This document shows, piece by piece, positions 34,656 to 44,958 of a DNA stretch of 64,000 nt (the stretch's first letter is position 1; each line of letters starts with the position of its first letter). A model generated the notes under the pieces. That model made no database searches, was not told where the DNA came from, and saw only the letters and a program-made list of their open reading frames with translations. The stretch is taken from contig OY762897.2 of NCBI GenBank assembly GCA_963666515.2, forward strand, positions 2,976,001-3,040,000, in the 5' to 3' direction. This DNA is from Candidatus Binatia bacterium. Lineage in GTDB: Bacteria > Desulfobacterota > Binatia > UBA9968 > JAJDTQ01. The position numbers and the translations under genes were made by a program.

Positions 34656-34659
<4 letters not shown>

Positions 34660-35285
34660 GCCGTCTGCCTTCGCGACTGTACGCCATCGTGGATCCGGCC
34701 CAGACCGGCGGCCGTCCGCTGGCCTCGGTGATCGACGCCATGCTGGCGGGCGGCGTGTCGGCGCTCCAGTTGCGGGTGAAGGACCGGCCCGCGGACGAGT
34801 TCCTGCGCATGGCCCTGAGCGCCCGCGAACGCACCGCCCGCGCCGGCTGCCTCTTCATCGTCAACGACCGCGTGGACATCGCCCTGGCCGCCGGCGCCGA
34901 CGGCGTGCACCTGGGACAGGAGGACCTGCCGCTGGAGGCCGCGCGGCCCCTCGTGGGAGACATGCTGATCGGCGTCTCCACCCACAGCCTGGAACAGGCG
35001 GAAGCCGCGGAGCGGGGCGGCGCCGACTACATCGGCTTCGGCCCCATGTTCCCCACTCAGACCAAGGAGACGGGCTACGGTTCCCGCGGCCTCTCGATGC
35101 TGGCGTCGGTGCGGCGCCGGGTGCGCGTCCCCATCGTCGCCATCGGCGGCATCACCGCGGAGAACGTCGCGCGGACGTGGCGCGCCGGAGCGGACGCCGC
35201 CGCCATGATCAGCTACCTGACCCGGGGCGGTGACGTGACGGCGCGGGTCAGGGAGATTCTGGCCATCCGGCAAGAGCCGCGGTAG
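34656..35285 (+). CDS. thiE: Thiamine phosphate synthase
   Basis: [18 protein letters not shown] and VAIGGI. Confidence 0.93.
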
Positions 35286-35306
35286 GGGCGACCCGCGGTC
35301 GCCCTA
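35283..35306. terminator. GTAG-type hairpin spanning the convergent thiE/dnaB junction
   Basis: TAGGG(G)CGACC-CGC-GGTCGCCCTA; no U-tract. Confidence 0.5.
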
Positions 35307-36680
35307 GTAGGCCTCCGCGTCCGTATAGCCTTCCTCGCCGCGCTCGGTGTAGTCCTCGAAACGGGTGTATTCCTTCAGGAAGGTCAGCTTCCGGGTGCCC
35401 ACCGGGCCGTTGCGCTGCTTCTCGACGATGATCTCCGCGACGTTCGTGTGCTTCGTCACGTCCTTTTCGTAGGCATCCTCGCGGTAGACGAACATGATCA
35501 CGTCGGCGTCCTGCTCGATGGCGCCGGACTCCCGCAGGTCCGCCATCTGGGGACGCTTGCCGGTCCTTTCCTCCACCCGCCGGTTGAGTTGCGAGAGGGC
35601 CACCACCGGAACGTTCAACTCCTTGGCGAGGGCCTTGAGTGAGCGCGATATCTCCGAGATCTCCTGCTCGCGGCTCGGCGAATCCCGGTAGCCGCGCATG
35701 AGCTGCAGGTAGTCGATGACCACCATGCCGATGTTCCGGGCGCGGTCCCGCAGGAGCCGCCGGGTCTTGGCCCGCACTTCCAGCACCGTCAGCGCCGCGG
35801 TATCGTCGATGTAGATGGGCGCCTTCGCCAGCCGCGCCGTCGTGGCCACCAGCCTTCCCGATTCCTCGTCCCTTAGATAGCCGGTGCGGAGCCTGGAATA
35901 GTCCACGCGCGCCTCGGAGCAGAGCATCCGCAGCACGAGCTGCTCCTTGGCCATCTCCAGGGAGAAGACGGCCACGCCGATCCCATTGAACGCGGCGTTG
36001 ACCGCCACGTTGAGGGCGAACGCGGTCTTGCCCATGCCCGGCCGGCCGGCGACGATGAGCAGGTCCGAGGGCTGGAAGCCGGCGGTCAACTGGTCGAGGT
36101 CGTGGTAGCCCGTGGCCACGCCGGTCACCATCCCCTTGCGCTGGGACAGCTCCGCGAGCTTCTTCATGGTGTCGTTCATCAGGTCGCCGACCCACACGAA
36201 CGACGCGTTGATGCGCTTTTCCGAGATGTCGAAGATGGCGCGCTCGGCGTCATCCAGGAAGGTGTCGACGTCGCCCCGCTCGTCCAGCCCGCGGGAGGCG
36301 ATATCGGTGGAGGTGCGGATCAGGTGGCGGAGAATGGCCTTCTCCCGCACGATCCGCGCGTAGTGGCCGATGTTGGCCGCGGTGGGAACCTGGCTCGCAA
36401 GCTCCGCGAGATACGCGGAGCCGCCCACGTCTTCCAGCTCCCCCTTGCTCTTGAGATGGTCGCTCAGGGTGATGAGGTCCACCGGCTCGTTCCGGTCCCA
36501 CAGTTCCACCATGGCCCGGTAGATCTTGCGGTGCGACTCGCGGTAGAGGTCGTCGGAGTTGACCAGCTCGACGACCGTGTTGATGGCGTCGTTCTCCAGC
36601 AGCACGCCGCCCAGGATCGACGCCTCCGCCTCCAGGTTCTGGGGCGGAAGGCGGTGAAGGGTTTCGGTCACGTCCGCCAT
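35304..36680 (-). CDS. dnaB: Replicative DNA helicase
   Basis: GRPGMGKT, IDYLQL and DLRESGAIEQDAD; no intein. Confidence 0.97.
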   Translation of the reverse strand: MADVTETLHRLPPQNLEAEASILGGVLLENDAINTVVELVNSDDLYRESHRKIYRAMVELWDRNEPVDLITLSDHLKSKGELEDVGGSAYLAELASQVPTAANIGHYARIVREKAILRHLIRTSTDIASRGLDERGDVDTFLDDAERAIFDISEKRINASFVWVGDLMNDTMKKLAELSQRKGMVTGVATGYHDLDQLTAGFQPSDLLIVAGRPGMGKTAFALNVAVNAAFNGIGVAVFSLEMAKEQLVLRMLCSEARVDYSRLRTGYLRDEESGRLVATTARLAKAPIYIDDTAALTVLEVRAKTRRLLRDRARNIGMVVIDYLQLMRGYRDSPSREQEISEISRSLKALAKELNVPVVALSQLNRRVEERTGKRPQMADLRESGAIEQDADVIMFVYREDAYEKDVTKHTNVAEIIVEKQRNGPVGTRKLTFLKEYTRFEDYTERGEEGYTDAEAY

Positions 36681-36683
36681 GGT

Positions 36684-37052
36684 TCACCCGCCGCCGGGCG
36701 CGGCGCCGTGCTCCGCGGTCACCACCGTGTGGATGCCACCGCGGACGTTGAAATCGCCCTCGACGCTCATGTACTTGGGCGAGCAGGCCTCCACCAGGTC
36801 GTCCAGGATGCGGTTGACCACGTCTTCGTGAAAGGCGCCCTCCTCACGGTACGACCAGAGGTAGAGCTTGAGAGACAGCAGCTCGACGCACCGCGGCCCG
36901 GGCACGTAACGGACCCGGATGGTGGCGAAGTCCGGCTGTCCGGTCTTGGGACACACGCAGGTGAACTCCGGACACTCCATTGCCACCTCGTAATCGCGAT
37001 CCTGCCGTGGATTGGGTATGGTCTCGATCCGCCTGCTGGGTCGGGTCGGCAC
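36684..37052 (-). CDS. queF: preQ0 reductase (unimodular)
   Basis: [23 protein letters not shown] and VRGGI. Confidence 0.9.
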   Translation of the reverse strand: MPTRPSRRIETIPNPRQDRDYEVAMECPEFTCVCPKTGQPDFATIRVRYVPGPRCVELLSLKLYLWSYREEGAFHEDVVNRILDDLVEACSPKYMSVEGDFNVRGGIHTVVTAEHGAAPGGG

Positions 37053-37173
37053 GGTGCCTGCCTTTCATCCGGGACGCGGCGCCCGGCCCTCCGCCGCGGT
37101 ACGCCCGCGGCCCGCGACGTCCACGCCGAGGGCGCCTTGACTTGACGCCGTGCGGACGCCAGACTGACGCCGC

Positions 37174-37422
37174 ATGAAACTCGACATCCACGTACCATCC
37201 ATCGACGGCGTCGTCAGGGTCGAGATCCGGTCGGTCGAAGAGGACGGCTCCTGGTCGGCCTACCCCGTCCTCATCGGCGGCGCCGCCCTCGATGATGCCT
37301 GTCTCGTGCTGGCGCGGTCGAGCCGGCCGCTCCGTTTCAGCGGCAACACGGCCGAAGCCGCGGAGACCCGGGCCAAGGAATACGTCCAGGCCCACTACCG
37401 GGTCCAACGCATGATCTGGTGA
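37174..37422 (+). CDS. Hypothetical small protein, possible HicB-like fold
   Basis: 82 aa with genome-typical codon usage; EEDGSWSA...GNTAEAAETRAKE. Confidence 0.6.
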   Translation: MKLDIHVPSIDGVVRVEIRSVEEDGSWSAYPVLIGGAALDDACLVLARSSRPLRFSGNTAEAAETRAKEYVQAHYRVQRMIW

Positions 37423-37442
37423 AATAACACCCGCGCGGCCCT

Positions 37443-38561
37443 TCAAGTCAAGGGCTGCTGCTGGGTGACGCAGTGGATGCCGCCGAGGCCGAGGATAAGC
37501 GTGCGGGCGTCGATGCCGACGACCCGTCGGCCCGGAAACAGGTCTGCCAGCGTGTCCCGTGCGATCCGGTCCTTGGGACCGCCGTAGAACGGCGCCAGCA
37601 CCACCCCGTTGGCGATGTAGAAGTTGGCGTAGCTCGCCGGCAGCCGCGAACCGCCCGCGGTCACCGGGTCGGGCTGCGGTAGCGGCACCACCCGCAGCCA
37701 GCGGCCGCCCGAGTCCCTGGCGGACATGAGACAGCGGTAGTTCTCCTGGAGCGCATGGTAGTTTTCGTCCCGCGTATCCCGCTCCACCACGCACACGACG
37801 GTGCCGGCGTCCACGAAACGCGCAAGGTTGTCCACGTGGCCGTCGGTATCGTCGCCCGCCATGCCCGCAGGGAGCCACAGGACGCGGCGGACCCCCAGGG
37901 CCGATTGCAGCACCCCCTCGATGTCCTCCCGGGTGCGGCTGCTGTTGCGGTTGGGATTGAGCAGGCACTCCTTGGTCACCAAGCAGAGGCCGGCGCCGTT
38001 CACGTCGATGGAGCCTCCCTCCAGCACGATTCCCGGCGTGAACGCCGGCAGGGCCAGGGACTCGTTGATCCGCAGCGGCACGGCGTCGTCGGCCACGTAC
38101 TCGGGGTACTTCATCCCCCAGGCGTTGAAGCGCCAGTTCACCAGCGCCAACGCCTCGGACGGGCCCGCACGGATGATAAAGGTCGGCCCGTAGTCCCGTA
38201 TCCACACGTCGACGGTGGGGATGCGGTGGAACGCCACGCCGCCGGCATCGAGGCCGCCGCGCCGCAGAGCCGCGGCGGCCTCGGCCTCGGAAGCGGCGTC
38301 GTTGACCAGGAGATCGACCCTTTCGCTGCCCGCAAGCGCCCGGATCATCTCCACCCACGTCTGCCGCACCCGCTCCAGGCCGTCCGGCCACGTGTCCGCG
38401 TTGTGCGGCCACGCGAGCCACGTGGCGGCGTGGGGCTCCCATTCCGCGGGCATCCGGTAACCTGCGCCCCGCGGGTCCGCCAGTCGGGCGAACGTGGATC
38501 GCTGGTCTTCGCCGGCCAGGCTTTCCCCGCGACCGCTTACCGCGTCGCCCGCACCCGCCAT
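37443..38561 (-). CDS. aguA: Agmatine deiminase
   Basis: RMPAEWEPH, WIRDYGP, DDTDGHVD and GGIHCVTQQQP. Confidence 0.92.
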   Translation of the reverse strand: MAGAGDAVSGRGESLAGEDQRSTFARLADPRGAGYRMPAEWEPHAATWLAWPHNADTWPDGLERVRQTWVEMIRALAGSERVDLLVNDAASEAEAAAALRRGGLDAGGVAFHRIPTVDVWIRDYGPTFIIRAGPSEALALVNWRFNAWGMKYPEYVADDAVPLRINESLALPAFTPGIVLEGGSIDVNGAGLCLVTKECLLNPNRNSSRTREDIEGVLQSALGVRRVLWLPAGMAGDDTDGHVDNLARFVDAGTVVCVVERDTRDENYHALQENYRCLMSARDSGGRWLRVVPLPQPDPVTAGGSRLPASYANFYIANGVVLAPFYGGPKDRIARDTLADLFPGRRVVGIDARTLILGLGGIHCVTQQQPLT

Positions 38562-38566
38562 GCCGC

Positions 38567-39472
38567 TCAATCCGACGGGTCGTCGACGAGGTGGCCGGTG
38601 AGGCCGTCGTAGGCGTCGATGCGCCGGTCCCGCAGGAACGGCCAGTTGTGACGTGCTTCCGCGATGGCCCCGAGGTCGCAGTCCAGCAGCAGGGTCTCGG
38701 GCCTGCTCCTGCCGGCCCGGGCAAGCACCCGGCCCGAAGGATCTGCGGCGAAGGAGTTGCCCCAGAACGTGATCGTCCCCTCGCGGCCCACCCGGTTGAC
38801 CGCGGCCACGTAGACGCCGTTGGTAACGGCGTGGGAGCGCTGCACCAGTTCCCAGGCTTCGAGCTGCGCTTGTCGCGCGGCCCGGGTCTCTCCGGCACCC
38901 CAGCCGATGGCGGTGGGATAGAAGATGATCTCGGCCCCGCCCAGGGCCGCCAGCCGCGCCGCCTCCGGAAACCACTGGTCCCAGCAGATCAGCACCCCCA
39001 CGTGAGCGTAGCGGGTAGGGAAGGTACGGAACCCCAGGTCGCCGGGGGTGAAGTAGAACTTCTCGAAGAAGCCGGGGTCGTCGGGGATGTGCATCTTGCG
39101 GTACCGGCCCGCGATCTCCCCGTCGGCGTCGATGACCAGGGCGGTGTTGTGGTACACGCCGGGGGCGCGGGCCTCGAACACCGAGGCCACGATCACCACC
39201 TCCAGCTCCCGCGCCAGGGGACACAGACGCTCGGTGGTGGGGCCGGGAACGGGTTCCGCCAGGGCGAAGGCTCCCGTGTCCTCGGCCTGCGGGAAATACC
39301 GCGAGCGGAACAGCTCTTGCAGGCAAACGATCCCGGCTCCCGCCTCGGCCGCGAGCCGTATCCGGCGCGCCGCGGCCGCGAGGTTGCGCTCCGGGTCCAG
39401 GGAGGCCCTGGACTGAATGAGCCCCAAGGTCACCGAGTGTTTGGGGGTCGGCGGCATGGTCAAGTCAATCAA
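38567..39472 (-). CDS. aguB: N-carbamoylputrescine amidase (nitrilase family)
   Basis: LQELF, YRKMHIPDDPGFFEKFYF and ICWDQWFPE. The start may be 39457. Confidence 0.9.
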   Translation of the reverse strand: MIDLTMPPTPKHSVTLGLIQSRASLDPERNLAAAARRIRLAAEAGAGIVCLQELFRSRYFPQAEDTGAFALAEPVPGPTTERLCPLARELEVVIVASVFEARAPGVYHNTALVIDADGEIAGRYRKMHIPDDPGFFEKFYFTPGDLGFRTFPTRYAHVGVLICWDQWFPEAARLAALGGAEIIFYPTAIGWGAGETRAARQAQLEAWELVQRSHAVTNGVYVAAVNRVGREGTITFWGNSFAADPSGRVLARAGRSRPETLLLDCDLGAIAEARHNWPFLRDRRIDAYDGLTGHLVDDPSD

Positions 39473-39574
39473 GAACGCCGAGCGGGTGGGTCACCGGCAC
39501 GCCTGTGGGCTTGAAGCGGCGGAAGGTCGCCACGACCGGACCCTGCTTGATCGCAGTGGCCGCGGTCCGTGCCC

Positions 39575-40870
<1,296 letters not shown>

Positions 40871-41066
40871 ACGTCATTCCTCTCGATTCGCGATTTGGAA
40901 AGTAGCACTCTTAGACCATCCCCGGTGAGGGGTCAACCCATATCCAGGGGCCGTTCCGCTTGACATTTCGGGTCGAATTCGTTCTCCGAAACCGCCCCGG
41001 AACGGGTCCTGGAGGGGCCTCCGTCCCTTGAATCGAGGGTCGGGCCGGACCCTTCGGAGCTTGGGC

Positions 41067-41819
41067 TCACGCCCCGGTCAGGCGCATGCCGCCGTCCACC
41101 GGCAGGATGGCGGCGGTGACGTGGGAGGCGGCGTCCGATGCCAGGTAGACGGCCGCCGCGGCCACGTCCTCCGGCTCTCCGATGCGCCCCAGCGGCACCC
41201 GGGTGGCGTAGCGGGCGAGCTTTTCCGGCGTCGAGGTGTCCACCATGGGAGTCCGGTTGGGCCCGGGGCAGATGCAGTTGACCCGGATGTTCTGGCGCGC
41301 GTGGTCCTCGGCCATGGCCTCGGTCAATCGCACCATGCCGCCCTTGGAGGCGCAGTAGGCGGCGCGCCCCGCCTGGCCCTGAATGCCCGACCGGGCGGCG
41401 ATGTTGATGATGACCCCGCCGCCGCGCCTGACCATCTCGGGGATGGCGTGGCGGCACACGTTGAAAACGCCCTTCAGGTTGGTGTCGAGGGTCCGGTCCC
41501 AGTCCTCCTCTGTGATCTCCGTCACCGCGCCGTTGGTGCGGACACCGGCGCTGTGGACCACGATGTCCAGGCCGCCGTAGCGCTCCACCGCGGCCGCCAC
41601 CACCGCGGCCATCTCGTCGTGCCGCCGGACGTCCGCGGCCGTGAACATGGCGTCGCCACCGTCGGCCTCGATGAGCGCGCGGGTTTCTTCGCCCTTGCTC
41701 GCGGTGCTGGAGGTCCCCGCGACGGCGCAGCCCTCCCGGACGAAGGCTACCGCGATGGCGCGCCCCAGGCCCGAGCCGAATCCCGTCACCAGAGCCACCT
41801 TGCCTTCGAGTTGATGCAT
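41067..41819 (-). CDS. SDR family oxidoreductase
   Basis: TGFGSGLG, YCASK and VDGG. Confidence 0.9.
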   Translation of the reverse strand: MHQLEGKVALVTGFGSGLGRAIAVAFVREGCAVAGTSSTASKGEETRALIEADGGDAMFTAADVRRHDEMAAVVAAAVERYGGLDIVVHSAGVRTNGAVTEITEEDWDRTLDTNLKGVFNVCRHAIPEMVRRGGGVIINIAARSGIQGQAGRAAYCASKGGMVRLTEAMAEDHARQNIRVNCICPGPNRTPMVDTSTPEKLARYATRVPLGRIGEPEDVAAAAVYLASDAASHVTAAILPVDGGMRLTGA

Positions 41820-41836
41820 CGGTTGTTCCTTCCACC

Positions 41837-41889
41837 CCTGGATTCCGGCCCCGTATCGAGTACGGGGCAGGCTTTTCGCCGGAATGACG
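41837..41889. repeat. REP-like family 1 copy with an inserted internal hairpin
   Basis: CCTGGATTCCGG-[CCCCGTATCGAGTACGGGG]-...TTTCGCCGGAATGACG; a further half copy lies near 41951-41966. Confidence 0.7.
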
Positions 41890-41992
41890 ATTCGAGTGTC
41901 GTCGCCTTACGGCACGCAGAACGGAGTTTGACGCGGTGACACAGCCTGTTGCGCGGGAATGACGGTACGTGGGTTACTGCCATTCCCGGCGT

Positions 41993-43117
41993 TCAGTTCC
42001 GGGCATACTCCTGCACCGCGTCCTCGTTCAGCACCATCCCGTGTCCGGGGGTCTCCGGCAGCGCGACCCAGCCGTCCTCGGGCTCGGGCGGGTCCTTGTA
42101 GAGAGTCCTGGCCATGTGCCAGTCGTTCACGTGGAACTCGGTGCGCCAGCCGTTGGGCACCGCCGCGTGCAGGTTCATGTCGTAGTAGGCGCCGTTGCCG
42201 ATGGGCAGGTCGAAGGCCTGGGCCACCGCCGCGGCCTTCATGCCCATGGTGAAGCCGCCCACGGAGCCCACCTGGATGTTGAGGAAGTCCACGGCCCCGG
42301 CCCGCGCCAGACCCGCCAGCCCGTAGAAGTCCTCCCATTGGCCGGCGGCGATGGGAATGGAAGTCTGACGCCGTAGCGCCGCCAGCTTGGCCGGGTCGTT
42401 GCGCAGGATGGGCTCCTCGAACCACATCAGGTTGTAGGGCTCCAGCCGCTTGCACCAGCGGAGCGCCGCGTCGTAGCGCAAGAGGCAGGCGGCGTCCACC
42501 ATCAGCTCTACCTCGTCTCCCACCGCCTCCCGCACCGCCCGGACCCGGCGCTCATCCTCGGACGGGTCGTCTTCGCGGTGCGCTCCGCTGGCGCCGCGCA
42601 TGTCGATCTCGCCGCGCATGTTGAGGCGTCCGACCATCAGCTTGAGGCGCTTGTGGCCGCGCTCCACCCAGTGACGGGCCGCTTCCACCAAGGCGTCCAG
42701 GCCATAGCTCCTGACGCCGAACGTGAAGTAGCACGGGACGGCCCCCTGCGCCCCTCCCAACAGACGCCACACCGGCAGATCGTAGAGCTTGCCCCTGATG
42801 TCCCACAGCGCCACGTCGATGGCGCTGACCGCGGCGTTCCAGACACCGGGTTCGGCCCGGGGGTTGAAGCGCCAGCGCATCTCGTGCATGAGGCGCTCGT
42901 TCTCCAGCGGGTCCTTGCCCAGCAGGAAGGGAGTCAGGTCGGCTTCGATAAACCGCAGGATGGCGGACCCCGGACCGTGGCCGATCTCGGCGGTGCCGGT
43001 GAGGCCCTGGTCGGTCTCCACCCACACCAAGTCCACGGAGGCGGTCCGGCGTTCGTGGAACGGCAGGTCCAGGGGAATGTTCGTGAGCCGCCGAGTCTTG
43101 ATGGCGCTGATCTTCAT
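41993..43117 (-). CDS. Mandelate racemase/muconate lactonizing (enolase superfamily) enzyme
   Basis: SAIDVALWDIRGK, LMVD, WFEEP and PETPGHG. Confidence 0.88.
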   Translation of the reverse strand: MKISAIKTRRLTNIPLDLPFHERRTASVDLVWVETDQGLTGTAEIGHGPGSAILRFIEADLTPFLLGKDPLENERLMHEMRWRFNPRAEPGVWNAAVSAIDVALWDIRGKLYDLPVWRLLGGAQGAVPCYFTFGVRSYGLDALVEAARHWVERGHKRLKLMVGRLNMRGEIDMRGASGAHREDDPSEDERRVRAVREAVGDEVELMVDAACLLRYDAALRWCKRLEPYNLMWFEEPILRNDPAKLAALRRQTSIPIAAGQWEDFYGLAGLARAGAVDFLNIQVGSVGGFTMGMKAAAVAQAFDLPIGNGAYYDMNLHAAVPNGWRTEFHVNDWHMARTLYKDPPEPEDGWVALPETPGHGMVLNEDAVQEYARN

Positions 43118-43132
43118 GGTGTGGAGTCTCCG

Positions 43133-43699
43133 TCAGTTTGTGGCGAAAGCCTGATGACGCACGAACACCTCCGCGTCCCGTGGCAGGAAGAACACCAGCC
43201 GGACTTCCCGGATCGAGGGATGGGAACGGAGGGCGTCCTCAATGGCCCGGGACGATACCGCGGCCGCCTCGTCCATCGGGTATCCGTAGACGCCGGTGGA
43301 GATGGCCGGGAAGGCCACCGTGGCCAAGCCCTCCTCCGCGGCGATTCCAAGGGAGTTGCGGTAACAGTCGGCCAGCTTCTCCACCTTGTCCGCGCCGCCG
43401 CTGCCGTACACCGGACCCACAGTGTGGATCACGTGGCGCGCCGGCATGTTCCCGGCCGTGGTCAGGACCGCGCTGCCGGTGGGAAGCCCGTCGGGGTAAC
43501 GAGTGGCACGGATGCTCTTGCACTCCTCCAGGATGGCCGGGCCGCCGGCCCGGTGGACCGCGCCGTCCACGCCGCCGCCGCCCATCAGCGTGCCGTTGGC
43601 GGCGTTCACCACCGCGTCCACCGCCTCCCGGGTGATGTCTCCCACCTTGACGGCCACGCGGCCGTCGAGGAAGCTGGGGAAGTTCGTAGAATCGCTCAT
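43133..43699 (-). CDS. Macro-domain O-acetyl-ADP-ribose deacetylase (YmdB-like)
   Basis: GDIT, VNAAN..LMGGGGVDGA, HTVGP and AISTGVYGYP. Confidence 0.92.
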   Translation of the reverse strand: MSDSTNFPSFLDGRVAVKVGDITREAVDAVVNAANGTLMGGGGVDGAVHRAGGPAILEECKSIRATRYPDGLPTGSAVLTTAGNMPARHVIHTVGPVYGSGGADKVEKLADCYRNSLGIAAEEGLATVAFPAISTGVYGYPMDEAAAVSSRAIEDALRSHPSIREVRLVFFLPRDAEVFVRHQAFATN

Positions 43700-43781
43700 G
43701 TATCCTACTCCTGCGGGCATGGACACGGGTAAACTGAAACGCGCCTCTGCGTCTCCCGCTTACCGACAACGATCCTGTGCC

Positions 43782-44927
43782 TCATCCCCACACCTGCCGC
43801 GCGGTCTCCACCACCCGCTCCAGCTTCCGCTTCTGGTCGTCCGGCGTCACGAGATTGCCCACCGCGTCCGAAGAGAAGCCGCACTGGGGGCTGATGGCCA
43901 GTTGCTCCAGCGGCAGGAACCGGGCGGCGTCATCAATGCGCCGTTTCAGATCGTCCACGCTCTCCAGCTCCGGCACCTTGGTGCTCACCAGCCCCAGCAC
44001 CACCACCGTGCCCTTGGGCACGAACCGCAACGGCTCGAACCCGCCGGCCCGTTCCGAGTCGTACTCCAGCAGCAGCCGGCGGTGCTTCAACCCCCCGAAC
44101 AGCCGCTCCGCCACCGCATCGTAGGCCCCCTCCCGGTGCCACATGCTGCGCTGGTTGCCGCGGCAGAGATGGATGCCGGAGACGGCGTCGCCGAAGGCTT
44201 CGAGGATCGCGTTGTCGGCGGCGATGGAGCGGTCCAGGTTCGCGTCCGGATCCTCGCCGCGCTGCCGCATGGCCTCCAGCGACGGCTCGTCCACGTAGGC
44301 CGTGTAGCCGGGGGCGTCGATCTGCACGTAGCGGCAGCCGGCCTCCACCAGGGCCGCCACCATAGTCCTCTCGATGGTCACGACGTCTGCCAGGAAATCG
44401 TCCACGGTGGGATAGACGGCGCGCGAGTTCTCGTGGTCGAAGCGCTGGCTGATGCGGTCCGGGCCCACGAGCGCGACCTTGGCCGGAGTGCGGGTCGCGG
44501 CGCTGAGGAAGCGGTATTCTTCGAGCGGCAGGTTCCGCGCCAGGCGCAGGCGCTCCACCGCCGGCAGCCGGTGCCAGACCGGCACCTCGGGGTTCACGTC
44601 GCGCTGAACGTCCCAGCGCCGCAGCGCCGTCCCGCCGCGGGACTGCCGCTCCAGGATATCCATTCGCGCCGCCCCCGCGCGAAACCCTTCCACGCAGGCG
44701 CCGAAGCTGTCCTGGAAGTTGAGCCTGCGGAACTCCCCGTCGGTGACCACGCCCAGGCCCAGTCCCTCCTGCAGCGCCACCGCTTCCCGGATCGCCTCAT
44801 CCTCGGCTTGGCGCAGCCCGCCGGCGTCCAGCTCGCCGGCCTCGAACCGCCGCCGCGCCTGCTTGAGCCCCTCGGGGCGCAGCAGGCTTCCCACCACATC
44901 GGTTCTCATGGTTGCCAGGTCGTTCAT
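43782..44927 (-). CDS. Cobalamin-independent methionine synthase II-like protein (single barrel)
   Basis: VGSLLRP, TDGEFRR, HLCRGN, LLEYD and SPQCGF. Confidence 0.88.
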   Translation of the reverse strand: MNDLATMRTDVVGSLLRPEGLKQARRRFEAGELDAGGLRQAEDEAIREAVALQEGLGLGVVTDGEFRRLNFQDSFGACVEGFRAGAARMDILERQSRGGTALRRWDVQRDVNPEVPVWHRLPAVERLRLARNLPLEEYRFLSAATRTPAKVALVGPDRISQRFDHENSRAVYPTVDDFLADVVTIERTMVAALVEAGCRYVQIDAPGYTAYVDEPSLEAMRQRGEDPDANLDRSIAADNAILEAFGDAVSGIHLCRGNQRSMWHREGAYDAVAERLFGGLKHRRLLLEYDSERAGGFEPLRFVPKGTVVVLGLVSTKVPELESVDDLKRRIDDAARFLPLEQLAISPQCGFSSDAVGNLVTPDDQKRKLERVVETARQVWG

Positions 44928-44958
44928 GGCCGTCTTTCCTCGATGGGGCCGTTTCCCC

